From Octopus bimaculoides (lineage: Eukaryota), in contig NC_068986.1 of the NCBI RefSeq assembly GCF_001194135.2, positions 14,623,492 to 14,664,673 on the forward strand: 41,182 nt of DNA, read 5' to 3'. Position 1 is the stretch's first letter, and each line of letters opens with the position of its first letter. Position numbers and translations under genes: made by a program. Shown in pieces: positions 23,801 to 34,880 of the stretch. Under the pieces are notes generated by a model, which saw only the letters and a list, made by a program, of their open reading frames with translations, was not told the DNA's origin and made no database searches.

Positions 23801-25199
23801 CTGAAATAATAGGCTGATACTAATCAAATACATCGATGTTACAAGACCCGGCATTACCGGCAAAGCTGTCGACACACGCATTGATGTATTTGGGTAAATT
23901 GCATTGTGGAACACATTAAAATCATAGTGGAGTCGATTTTTTGTTTGGATAAAATAAACAGCAGTCAACTACGAAAGACGATTTCATAAAGCGATCAGAA
24001 ACTGCGGTCTTGTACTCTGTTAGCAAATGCTATGTAAGTTTAATAGTGATTGTATTTCTCTCCATTGCATTGTATCTGATTCAGAAATATATATTTTCTG
24101 TCCTGACAAATCGTAAGACATCCTTGGTGAATTCGTTGACAAGGACTAAGCGTTACTCATGCAGATTTTACGAAATAATAGAGAAGTTGTTTCCCATCGA
24201 GTCCATTTCTGTATTTTTTTTGGAGGGAGCGGGGTGAGGGTGGAAGAGTTCTTGTCAGTTACAGAAACGTCTGCTGGTCTTGCTTCGATTCGCAGGATAT
24301 GAACAGTCAAAACACACCGGAATATATTTTGTTTGATGTTTCAACAATTACTCCAACGAATAACCTTGTATGTTATCTTATGGGTACCAACAGAGTCGGT
24401 GTGAACATCGGTTATGATTTAACACGGAAAGTAAATTGTATAAAACATGACTACGAGGTATTTTGACCTACGATCCATCAATTCTTCTACTTCATCTCAT
24501 CATCTGTTTGCCCGTTCACAGAAAGTGCCGTGTATTACTGCTGATTCCCGTTGACGCATTTACAAGAAAAATCCATCATATAACACTTATTTATAGCGCA
24601 ATTCACTTCGTATGTATTATCAATTGTTCACCTTCTATGAATAAGTAATTGTTCCCCTTACATACGTTATAGACGTCTTATTGTCACTACATAATACTTT
24701 CTACCATTGTAGTAATGCAGAGAACTGTCAATAAAATTAATGAGGCATACTAGAATATATGTCCACTCGCAACACCAGAGCAGCAAGCGATGAAATTTAT
24801 GTTAATTCAACTTCGCATTCATTGCATGGACGTCCTCTAAACACCATAAGTAAAAACAAAACCCCACGAAAATGTTCCTATGTGTGCAATTTACCTTCAA
24901 AATGTAGCAATCGAATGCCCTCTAAAGTCACATCGTCTCAGGCAATTTCAAATTATATGTTCCTCTGTTCACTGTAAAAAGGAAAAGTGTTAGATAAAAA
25001 TGAGAAGACATTTTTTTTTATCAAGTATTCGACTTAACTTCTTAAGGTAGAGTGTTAGCTTCTTGTACCGACATCCGACAAATCGAGTCTATTCAAGGTG
25101 CGTTTCCATCCGGGAGTTTCTGGATAACAGTTACAAGAGTATCACCATCAAAGCTGTATGTATGTATGCATGTATGTATATATGAATACATATATATAT

Positions 25200-25231
<32 letters not shown>

Positions 25232-25281
25232 GTATATATATATGTGCATAGATATGTATATGTATATACATGTATATATAT

Positions 25282-25852
25282 ATAAAGTGAAGTATATTGC
25301 CACTTAAATGTGGCTGACCCCTAGGGGTGGATGTTACTGTTGCTTTTAGCCCCAGGAGGACATCTCCTCCAGCTGGTTTATCGACACACTTCTGTGTCCT
25401 GTTTGTTTTGCCAAGGGAATTTATCCCTCCCATCGAGATCTGTAGCACGAACGGACCCGGGTTTCAGGGTTATTTCCCTTCGTCGGCATCCGATAGCGAC
25501 CGATCTGCGATGACAGAGATACATTCTTGGCAATCTTATGTACCTTTTTCCAGTGAAATTCTTCACTGATATCGAGAAAGTGAAAACAAGCAAAGTTAAT
25601 TCTCTAAATTAGGTATTAACAGTAACTGCACGATAAAGTGAAGTATATTGCCACTTTAATGTGGCTGACCCCTAGTGGGGGTCAGCCACAGCCACAGAAG
25701 TGTGTCGATAAGCCAGCTGGAGGAGATGTCCTCCTGGGGCTAAAAGCAACAGTAACATCCACCCCTAGGGGTCAGCCACATTTAAGTGGCAATATACTTC
25801 ACTTTATCGTGCAGTTACTGTTAATACCTAATTTAGAGAATTAACATTGCTT
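25282..25852 (-). mobile_element. Hammerhead-containing small element: terminally redundant 351-nt monomer (minus strand) plus an inverted 160-nt junction-spanning copy (plus strand), between (AT)n tracts
   Basis: 43-bp direct repeat at 25282-25324 and 25633-25675 (1 mismatch); 25693-25806 is the reverse complement of 25283-25396; 25765-25852 is the reverse complement of 25588-25675; 13-bp fold-back at about 25660-25690. Confidence 0.85.
25448..25492 (-). ncRNA. Minimal type I hammerhead ribozyme motif HHR3, apparently intact; predicted cleavage after GUC (between 25454 and 25453)
   Basis: CGGATG-CCGACGA-AGGG[AAATAA]CCCT-GAAA-C[CCGG]G-TC-CGTTCG; 6-bp stem I including two G.U pairs, perfect 4-bp stem II, palindromic stem-loop III, U4C core. 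Confidence 0.85.
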
Positions 25853-26083
25853 ATATATATATATATATATATATATACAAGAAATGAGGGCAGGGAATCG
25901 TCAATTAATAATAGAATTAACAATTAACAATTTTGCCAAGTAGTTCAGTATGAAATAAACCTTTAGAATCAGTAGTTCTTTGACTGCTGCTGTTTCTGAA
26001 TTTTCAGTATGTTGGAGAAGCAACTCAATTGCTAATCCCTTATATTTATGATATATATATATATGTTTGTGTGTGTATGTATT

Positions 26084-26123
<40 letters not shown>

Positions 26124-27424
26124 TATACACTATATGTATATATGTATGTATTTATATGTGTGTTTGCAAGTCTGAGTGTGAGAAAGAAAGAGAGTGAGTG
26201 AGAGAAACAGAGAAAGAGAGTGGAATTGATGTGTGTGATTCCCTTATATTCTTACGTGAAGAGCAGCGACCAGTAATTCACATAAATCGCAAATACCCGA
26301 ACGAGAAAGATGGAGCAAATAGACAAATCGAGTCCAAAACAGATACCGACTATAAAATCGACTATAATACTTTTACTCTGTTACCATACAATTTAAATAT
26401 TAAAGTATAAAAATAAAAACAAAAGTTTCGGGCGTAGTGAGCCATGTATGTGACAATATTAACAAACATGCAATCCATATTATCATTTAATCACCGATTT
26501 CTTACCGAATCACTATCAGAATATCTGTTTGACATGACAGGACACTCGCTTACTAAGTTGAATGATAAATGCGTACAGACGTAAACCAGTCCAACTGTAA
26601 AGATTGTATGTAGATGAAAGAATAATCAAGCTGCAGAAAGAAGATAAATAGATAGCTAGTGGAAAATAACATATCCTTTGAGACAGGCATATATACAAGG
26701 ACAAAACTAACAAAGATTTATTCTTTTTTTTTTTTTGGTTTTGTTTCGTTACTGTTGAAGAGAACGTCTATTCAGCCTTCTGCATTCAGAATGGAGATTT
26801 CAGTCTCTGAAGACAAGTAACAGCGTAGAATTAGAATCATCAGTTACGGGATTGTTGTATACATTCTAACCGAAAAATTGACCAGGAAGCCACATGGGTT
26901 GATTGTAAACTCTTTATTCAGATATTTTTCTTTGATTTTATATTTATTTCATTCATCGTATGTGCGTGTGTGTGTGTGTGTGTATGTGTGTGTGTGTGTG
27001 TGTGTCTGTATGTGTGCATGTGTGTATGCGTGTATTTATATATATACATATNNNNNNNNNNNNNNNNNNNNNNNNNNNNNNNNNNNNNNNNNNNNNNNNN
27101 NNNNNNNNNNNNNNNNNNNNNNNNNNNNNNNNNNNNNNNNNNNNNNNNNNNNNNNNNNNNNNNNNNNNNNNNNNNNNNNNNNNNNNNNNNNNNNNNNNNN
27201 NNNNNNNNNNNNNNNNNNNNNNNNNNNNNNNNNNNNNNNNNNNNNNNNNNNNNNNNNNNNNNNNNNNNNNNNNNNNNNNNNNNNNNNNNNNNNNNNNNNN
27301 NNNNNNNNNNNNNNNNNNNNNNNNNNNNNNNNNNNNNNNNNNNNNNNNNNNNNNNNNNNNNNNNNNNNNNNNNNNNNNNNNNNNNNNNNNNNNNNNNNNN
27401 NNNNNNNNNNNNNNNNNNNNNNNN

Positions 27425-27472
<48 letters not shown>

Positions 27473-28029
27473 CGTGTGTGCGTGTGTGTGTATAATCACT
27501 GTTTTCTTTATCTCAAGCCTTCTTCTTATTTCTGTTTTTTGTTTCTTTTTTTCGTTTGGTTTTTAGGTCTCAAACCTATCAAATCAAATTTCAATGTACG
27601 TATCATGCTGCAACATATGCCAATGAAGGTATTCTGATGTATTGTGCGCTATTGTATTATAATACTCTTCTCTATCTTGTTTTACAGTACATGAGATGAT
27701 AATAACTTTCGTATTTCACCGACACAAAAATAACCTGAACGAAAGATGCAAAAATAGAAAGACATGGACACTGGAATATATAAGTATATGCAAATGGAGA
27801 TGTAATATATAGGTATTAGATATACGGAGAAGAATGCATTATTATACAGATCTACTCTGCAATCATAGTAGCAGAGGAGAATGCTAAGATTCAAGAACAT
27901 TCATTCATATTATACGTAGATATTATACATAGATATGTTCCATAATATAGTCTAAATATGCTAATCACTCATATAACATACACACACACACACATGCACT
28001 CAGCCACACATATACAGACACAAACACAA

Positions 28030-28067
<38 letters not shown>

Positions 28068-28554
28068 GTACATACATAAATATAATACGTACACAGAATC
28101 CCACATAGAGACAAACATGCACACATACAGATGAGTTTACAAAATTGGTGGCTGTCATATATAATTTAAAGAACAGCTATGATAAGATTCAATATCGGAT
28201 AAGCTATGAACGAATATGTTTGATAAAATATTTAACTAAATGAATATAAGATGTAATAGGATATACATTTTGAAAGAAAAATAGCATTAGGTAAATGTAT
28301 CTTGATTTTTTTTTTCTTTTTAATTCATATACTCTTATATGATACAATATGCAATTTTGAAAATTGTATTATATATGAACTAATAATGCAACGTATATGA
28401 TGTGATAGAATATGGTCTAATGCAATGTTATACTTTTAAAGATATGATATGTGTACCGGCTCAGACAAAGCAATATCGTTAACAAGTTCGCTTCGCAATC
28501 AGATAGAACAGTGTTTTATCAAACTGCACGTCACTGAGGATAAAGCACTTTATA

Positions 28555-29109
28555 CGAGGGTGAGTCAAAAAGTAATGCCATTTTGTTTAGGACATGTATA
28601 ATTACCACACAGGAACATGTATCATACATCAAAGTGAAGTCGGTCCTCTGTGGATCACATCTCTACTTCTCAACATAGTTACTGTTTCTCTCAATAGCAA
28701 TGTTGCACCTTCAAATGAGAGCATGTATCCCTGCCTCGTAAAATTCTGTTGACTGTTCTTTGAGCCACTTCTTCACTACAGTTTTCACTTCCTCGTCACT
28801 GGAATAATGTCTGCCTCTCAAACCCTCTTTCGTGACAAAGAAGAGATGATAGTCTGAAGGGGCTAAACCTGATGAGTGTGGATGTAGTGAAGAAGTGGCT
28901 CAAAGAACAGTCAACAGAATTTTACGAGGAAGGGATATATGCTCTCATTTGAAGGTGCAACATTGCTATTGAGAGAAACGGTGACTATGTTAAGAAGTAG
29001 AGATGTGATCCACAGAGGACCAGCTTCATTTTGATGTGTGATACATGTTGCTGTGTTAGTAATTATACTTATCCTAAACAAAATGGCATTACTTTTTCAC
29101 TCACCCTCG
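28555..29109. mobile_element. Palindromic non-autonomous mariner derivative (DD34D-type motif), TA target duplication
   Basis: TA|CGAGGGTGAGTCAAAAAG...CTTTTTCACTCACCCTCG|TA; arms 28555-28780 and 28883-29109 are reverse complements; minus strand PHSSGLAPSDYHLF...DEEVKTVVKKWLKEQSTEFYEAGIHALI*RCNIAIERNSNYVEK*. Confidence 0.92.
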
Positions 29110-29198
29110 TATATGAATCTCGGCTAGACCAGCGACGTGTGAGTATAATTTGCTAGACGAAAGCTGTACAAAAGGTCGACGGGTTGTATGCTCACACA

Positions 29199-29253
<55 letters not shown>

Positions 29254-30171
29254 AANNNNNNNNNNCACACACACACACACACACACGAAAACGGAGATGA
29301 TTACTGCTGTGTAATTGTAGCAATCCAACGACTGGTTGTAATGAGCGGAAGTACAGGTATTTTTATATGTATCAATGAATATGTATCGTAAATTATCTGG
29401 GAAATGGGAAGAAATTCATATCGGTTTTTCAGCGTCTGGTACCTCAGATTCATCTGGAATTAACAATGGACTCGATACTCTCCACCATCTAGAAAAAACC
29501 CCTCAGAGAACATCGTTGTATAAGGTATTACAATATTCTTTGAGAAGATGTTTGTAATGAAATATTTTATACACTTTCTGTGCTAGTGTATGTTAATTAG
29601 AAGATAGTTACTACTTTCCTCCAGTTTTCCACATATTTTGCAATTGCTATGTGACTGATTTATATTAATCATTGTCGTTGCTATGTTCATTCTAATGATG
29701 TGTTTGTGAACAGCTCTAATCAGCGATTCGACTTCGGATTACAGTTCTCCATTTCGCAGCAACTTGCCGATATTTTACTTCCAACAGCGTCAGTTTCTTT
29801 ACAATTTTGTGTTCTCTTCTTTCTATTCTTGAAATTTCTCACTGTTTCGGTGACAACGTTGATATTTCTAACTGCAAATAATATTCTTTCGTCTCTGTCT
29901 CTCTTCAACATAATTTTCCAAACTCTGCACTAATCGCGTATTCAAAAATCTGCCACCTTTGTCACTTCGGAAGCGCAAACCCTGCCAGTATAAAATGCAG
30001 GAAAGGCTGCGTGGTTAAGAAGCCTTTCGGACCAATCATTGCCTTTCGAATGAATTTTCTACAAAGGAACTATGTGGAAGCCTGTCGTATATGTGCATAC
30101 ATGTGGTGGTGGGTTGGTGCGTGTGTATGTGTGTATATATATGTGTGTATATATATGTGTGTTCATATGTG

Positions 30172-30209
<38 letters not shown>

Positions 30210-30533
30210 TATATAGTAACAGAAGCGTCGGCAGCAATAGCAGTAGCTTCCATCTTCTGTGAAAATAGTCCCATAAGATACATTTGAATATGCGTTGGAG
30301 TCTTCACGAAAGAGGGTGAACGCATACTTTGTCGGGACTAGCGATAATAATACCATATCATGTACGTAAACACATATCTGTGTATGCTCTATTTGTGTGC
30401 TTGTATATCAAATTTGATAATATTGAGACATGTCAGTGTCCATACAAATATATTTCTAGATCTACTTGAAGAGAGAGAATGTGTGTGCTGTTATATGTCC
30501 ATAAGTATGGGCTTATATATGTTTCCTTTTGTT

Positions 30534-30576
<43 letters not shown>

Positions 30577-31369
30577 TAATAGTATAATTTTGTCTATGTA
30601 TCTAACACATTTCCTTAGCTGCCACATTTAAAACATTTGTATCTCCGTATCTTTGCCTTTTTTTTTTGTTTCTGGAGATGACTTAATCTGGTTAGGGTGG
30701 GTTGATTCAGAATGGTTTTCCGGGCGATCTAAAGTTACACACTTTGTTTTGACTGGCTAAAATAACAGACCGTAATGACTCCAAAATATATAACAATACG
30801 CAAGTATTGTATGACTGAAATAAAATACGACATTTAACTATTTTCTTTCATCTATTTCATTTCATTCCAGTAGAGTTCTCTATTAATGATGACCATATCC
30901 CCTTTAGGTTAACTGAAGAATGTAAAAAGTAAAACAGAAATAGAATACAAACAAACACAACATCTAATGAATGGTCAATTATGTGAATCTAAATCTGAAT
31001 AGATTTTGAAGTCATCATGCACACAAACAAAAAGAACTTGGAAATTAATCTAGCAATTTTGTAACAGTATACTATAAGTGATTTCTACACAGACAAGAGC
31101 GGTAGTTACTTTAGACAATCTATTTAGTGTTTTCTTTTAGTGAGTGTTCAATTATAATCGATGTAACTTTAACATTAAATATCTTTGGCGCTGATAAATA
31201 CAACATTAAACACTATTTCTTCTGATTTGGCATCAAGCCTATTATTCTGTTGTCCAATGAATAAATTCGTGTTATTTAAATGCAATAATATTAGAGGACC
31301 TAATCTGTAGCCTTTGTGTTGTGGTATGAATACAAATAACAACGTAAATAAGTCGAAAGCAGAAATTAG

Positions 31370-31530
31370 ATGGCCAATATGACATTGTTTCTAATTTAGG
31401 CAATAGGCCAGCCATTCTTGAGGGAAACGGGTTAGGCAATTACATCGACTCTTGTGTTAAACTGAGACTCTATAATTTCAACTTTGATCGGATGAAAGAC
31501 AAGGATGACATCGACGGTCATTGGCCTCTA
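31370..31530 (-). mobile_element. Degenerate SINE family B fragment
   Basis: GGCAATAGGCCAGC..TTACATCGAC..GGATGAAAGACAAGG..CGAC is the reverse complement of the family B body. Confidence 0.5.
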
Positions 31531-31984
31531 AATTGCCAGAACAAATACTACAAGGCGTTTTAAAGGATACTCTAATAATTCTGGAAATCCTCTACCTTTT
31601 CCACACGATGTATTATTAAAGGCCTAATATATACCTTTTGTAATCTGAGGGAGTATAAATATGAGTCGATACACAAATGAGATAGACGGTAGGATGTTTT
31701 TTTTAGGTATTAAGACATCAACCTTTTATGTATTTTACTTTCAACTCTAGAGGGATGAAAGAGAAAGGTCATCTCGATGATAAATCACCTGAGAAAATAA
31801 ACAACCGGAACAAAGCCATATTCATCACCATGTCCTCCAATCCCCGGAATAACTAACAAAAGTATATTTTGATCGATGGTCTTATAAATTTTATTAACGG
31901 AATAAGCCGTGCTAAAGACTCTGGCAGCTCGCATTTATTTTATAACTAACTTATAGATACCGTATAAAACAACATAAATGTAGG

Positions 31985-32183
31985 TTTCAAAATTTGGCAC
32001 AAGGCCCGCAGTCTTGTGGATGGACTAATTTGATTACAGGAACAGCAGTATTCAATTGGTACTTATTTTATCCAACCCGAAAGGGATGAATGTCAAACCT
32101 GACCTCGGCGGCATTCGAACTCAGAACATAAAGACAAACAAAATGACGCTAAGCATTTCCCCAGAGTGGTACCGACTCTGCCA
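31985..32183 (-). mobile_element. SINE family B
   Basis: GGCACAAGGCC..TTGGTACTTATTTTATC..CCCGAAAGGGATGAA..GACCTCGGCGG..TTCGAACTCAGAAC..GCTAAGCATTT..CTCTGCCAGC..GTCGCCTT. Confidence 0.8.
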
Positions 32184-32587
32184 GCCTGTCGCCTTAAAAT
32201 ACCATGCATATATTAAACAAACACAGGATGCAATCAGTATACTATCACAAAACTATCGCTTGTAGTAGGAAAATAAGAGGAGCAAGTGAATAAGCGAAAT
32301 AGTATAAGAATTGTTAGGATTACAACAGGACTCACACAAATAATAATATAAAAACTTCTACGCAACGAAAGGTGCATAAAGACAAAACTCCCGGTGCAGC
32401 TTTGCTAGGATTGGCTGAAATCGGTGGATTATCGTTCAGTTCGGCGATGGTAAAAGAGCAACCAATGTAAGCAAGTTTAAGTTCGACATTGACATCAGTC
32501 GGGGAAAACATGCAATCAGTTCAACATAAACACACACATGCATACATACACACCTATACACACATTAACACAAACTTACTAGCTCAT

Positions 32588-32660
32588 GTAACGGGCGTGG
32601 CCTAATGGTTGAGGTCTTCAGCTTACGATTGTAAGATCGTGAATTCAATTCCCGTTGTGT
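32588..32660 (+). mobile_element. Isolated tRNA-like SINE head
   Basis: GGCGTGGCCTAATGGTTGAGG (A-box-like) and GAATTCAATTCCC (B-box-like); no complete cloverleaf. Confidence 0.45.
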
Positions 32661-32832
32661 CTAGTTTACTTTTCCGTACAGTTAAGATCAACTACAACAA
32701 TACCCCATCAAATGAGAGATAGCTCTATAGAGCTACTAATAGTTACGTTGGTGTGAAGAGAGATGACTTTATACCAAGAAATTATTCATAGCTCGTGTAT
32801 TTATACTATGTCCATTAAATGGTATATATGTA

Positions 32833-32882
<50 letters not shown>

Positions 32883-33693
32883 CTGTCTGTCTATCTATAT
32901 GTATGTCTATGTGTGTATNNNNNNNNNNNNNNNNNNNNNNNNNNNNNNNNNNNNNNNNNNNNNNNNNNNNNNNNNNNNNNNNNNNNNNNNNNNNNNNNNN
33001 NNNNNNNNNNNNNNNNNNNNNNNNNNNNNNNNNNNNNNNNNNNNNNNNNNNNNNNNNNNNNNNNNNNNNNNNNNNNNNNNNNNNNNNNNNNNNNNNNNNN
33101 NNNNNNNNNNNNNNNNNNNNNNNNNNNNNNNNNNNNNNNNNNNNNNNNNNNNNNNNNNNNNNNNNNNNNNNNNNNNNNNNNNNNNNNNNNNNNNNNNNNN
33201 NNNNNNNNNNNNNNNNNNNNNNNNNNNNNNNNNNNNNNNNNNNNNNNNNNNNNNNNNNNNNNNNNNNNNNNNNNNNNNNNNNNNNNNNNNNNNNNNNNNN
33301 NNNNNNNNNNNNNNNNNNNNNNNNNNNNNNNNNNNNNNNNNNNNNNNNNNNNNNNNNNNNNNNNNNNNNNNNNNNNNNNNNNNNNNNNNNNNNNNNNNNN
33401 NNNNNNNNNNNNNNNNNNNNNNNNNNNNNNNNNNNNNNNNNNNNNNNNNNNNNNNNNNNNNNNNNNNNNNNNNNNNNNNNNNNNNNNNNNNNNNNNNNNN
33501 NNNNNNNNNNNNNNNNNNNNNNNNNNNNNNNNNNNNNNNNNNNNNNNNNNNNNNNNNNNNNNNNNNNNNNNNNNNNNNNNNNNNNNNNNNNNNNNNNNNN
33601 NNNNNNNNNNNNNNNNNNNNNNNNNNNNNNNNNNNNNNNNNNNNNNNNNNNNNNNNNNNNNNNNNNNNNNNNNNNNNNNNNNNNNNNNNNNNN

Positions 33694-33853
33694 TGTGTTT
33701 ATGTTCCCGTAACTTAGCGGTTCGGCAAAAGAGACCGATAGAATAAGTACTAGGCATCCAAAGAATAAGACCTGGGGTCGATTTGCTCGACTAAAGGCGG
33801 TGCTCCAGCATGGCCGCAGTCAAATGACTGAAACAAGTAAAAAAGTAAAAGAA
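33694..33853 (+). mobile_element. SINE family A, 3' half emerging from an assembly gap
   Basis: Near-consensus GTAACTTAGCGGTTCGGCAAAAGAGACCGATAGAATAAGTACTAGGC...GGCGGTGCTCCAGCATGGCCGCAGTCAAATGACTGAAACAAGTAAAA. Confidence 0.92.
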
Positions 33854-33874
33854 TAATCCACACGACTTCGGTTA

Positions 33875-33936
33875 ATCACAGACGCGTTTCGAACTTAAAG
33901 TAAATTATTGTTACCTATTATTCTTCTCAATGTGAT
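33875..33936 (-). ncRNA. Minimal type I hammerhead ribozyme motif HHR4 with the U3-A8 compensatory core; predicted cleavage after GUC (33881)
   Basis: ATCACA-TTGAGAA-GAAT[25-nt loop]GTTC-GAAA-[CGCG]-TC-TGTGAT; perfect 6-bp stem I, G10.1-C11.1 pair, palindromic loop III. Confidence 0.7.
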
Positions 33937-34352
33937 ACTCCGAGTTATAAATATGCAAGTGTTAGGATTGAATATGTATGCGATCAAGCGTCATCGCATA
34001 ACTGATATTCAACCGCGCTCCCCCAAATTATGAAGCCGAATGTGATAAATATTTATCCTTTATACCCACGTGTGTGTTAAGACGTATCCGCAGAAAAACT
34101 GCAGTTTCGATCATGGAGTAAATTATAATTTTAATAATAACATAGGGTAAAATTAATTAATTAATATATCAATAATTTTACCAAGTAGTGAGTACAGTAA
34201 AATAAAACTTTTTATGGGAATAATACAAAATATTCTACAATTATAATAATTTTTTTTTTAATTATCTCGGAGATTTTTATATGAGTTGAAAAGACGTTAG
34301 CGTCTATTTATAATTCCGTGCGTGAGGTGGCGAGGAACTTATCTGACCCCTG

Positions 34353-34399
<47 letters not shown>

Positions 34400-34674
34400 C
34401 CTGTCGTTTGTATTTCTCCGGGTTTTCGTATATATTCGATTACTTTCTTCCAAAGAATCTAGTGCTCTTTGCTTAGATTTTCATGGGGCCGACAATATTG
34501 GAGCAGTCTCGAGTGTAAACGGCCGAAATTGCAACGATTATCTGGTACTCGACTGACGAAAGAATGTTCCGAATAACACGTGATTGTTTTTTCCTGTCCT
34601 GTTTTGTATCATCTAACTGTCCGGATGTCTTGTTGTCACCTGTTATGTTCTTGTTCCATTTTTTTGCTTTCTTC

Positions 34675-34720
<46 letters not shown>

Positions 34721-34807
34721 NNNNNNNNNNNNNNNNNNNNNNNNNNNNNNNNNNNNNNNNNNNNNNNNNNNNNNNNNNNNNNNNNNNNNNNNNNNNNNNN
34801 NNNNNNN

Positions 34808-34880
<73 letters not shown>

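Noticed and set aside
24523-24545. ESAVYYC immunoglobulin V-like motif after an acceptor
   Set aside because: It is immediately followed by a stop codon and no other Ig-domain residues are present; chance match.
32588-32660. Possible genuine tRNA gene
   Set aside because: A full cloverleaf cannot be built and there is no oligo-T terminator; treated as a SINE head.
34092-34125. GAAAC[TGCA]GTT half-hammerhead on the minus strand
   Set aside because: No CUGANGA-like core or stem I partner was found upstream.
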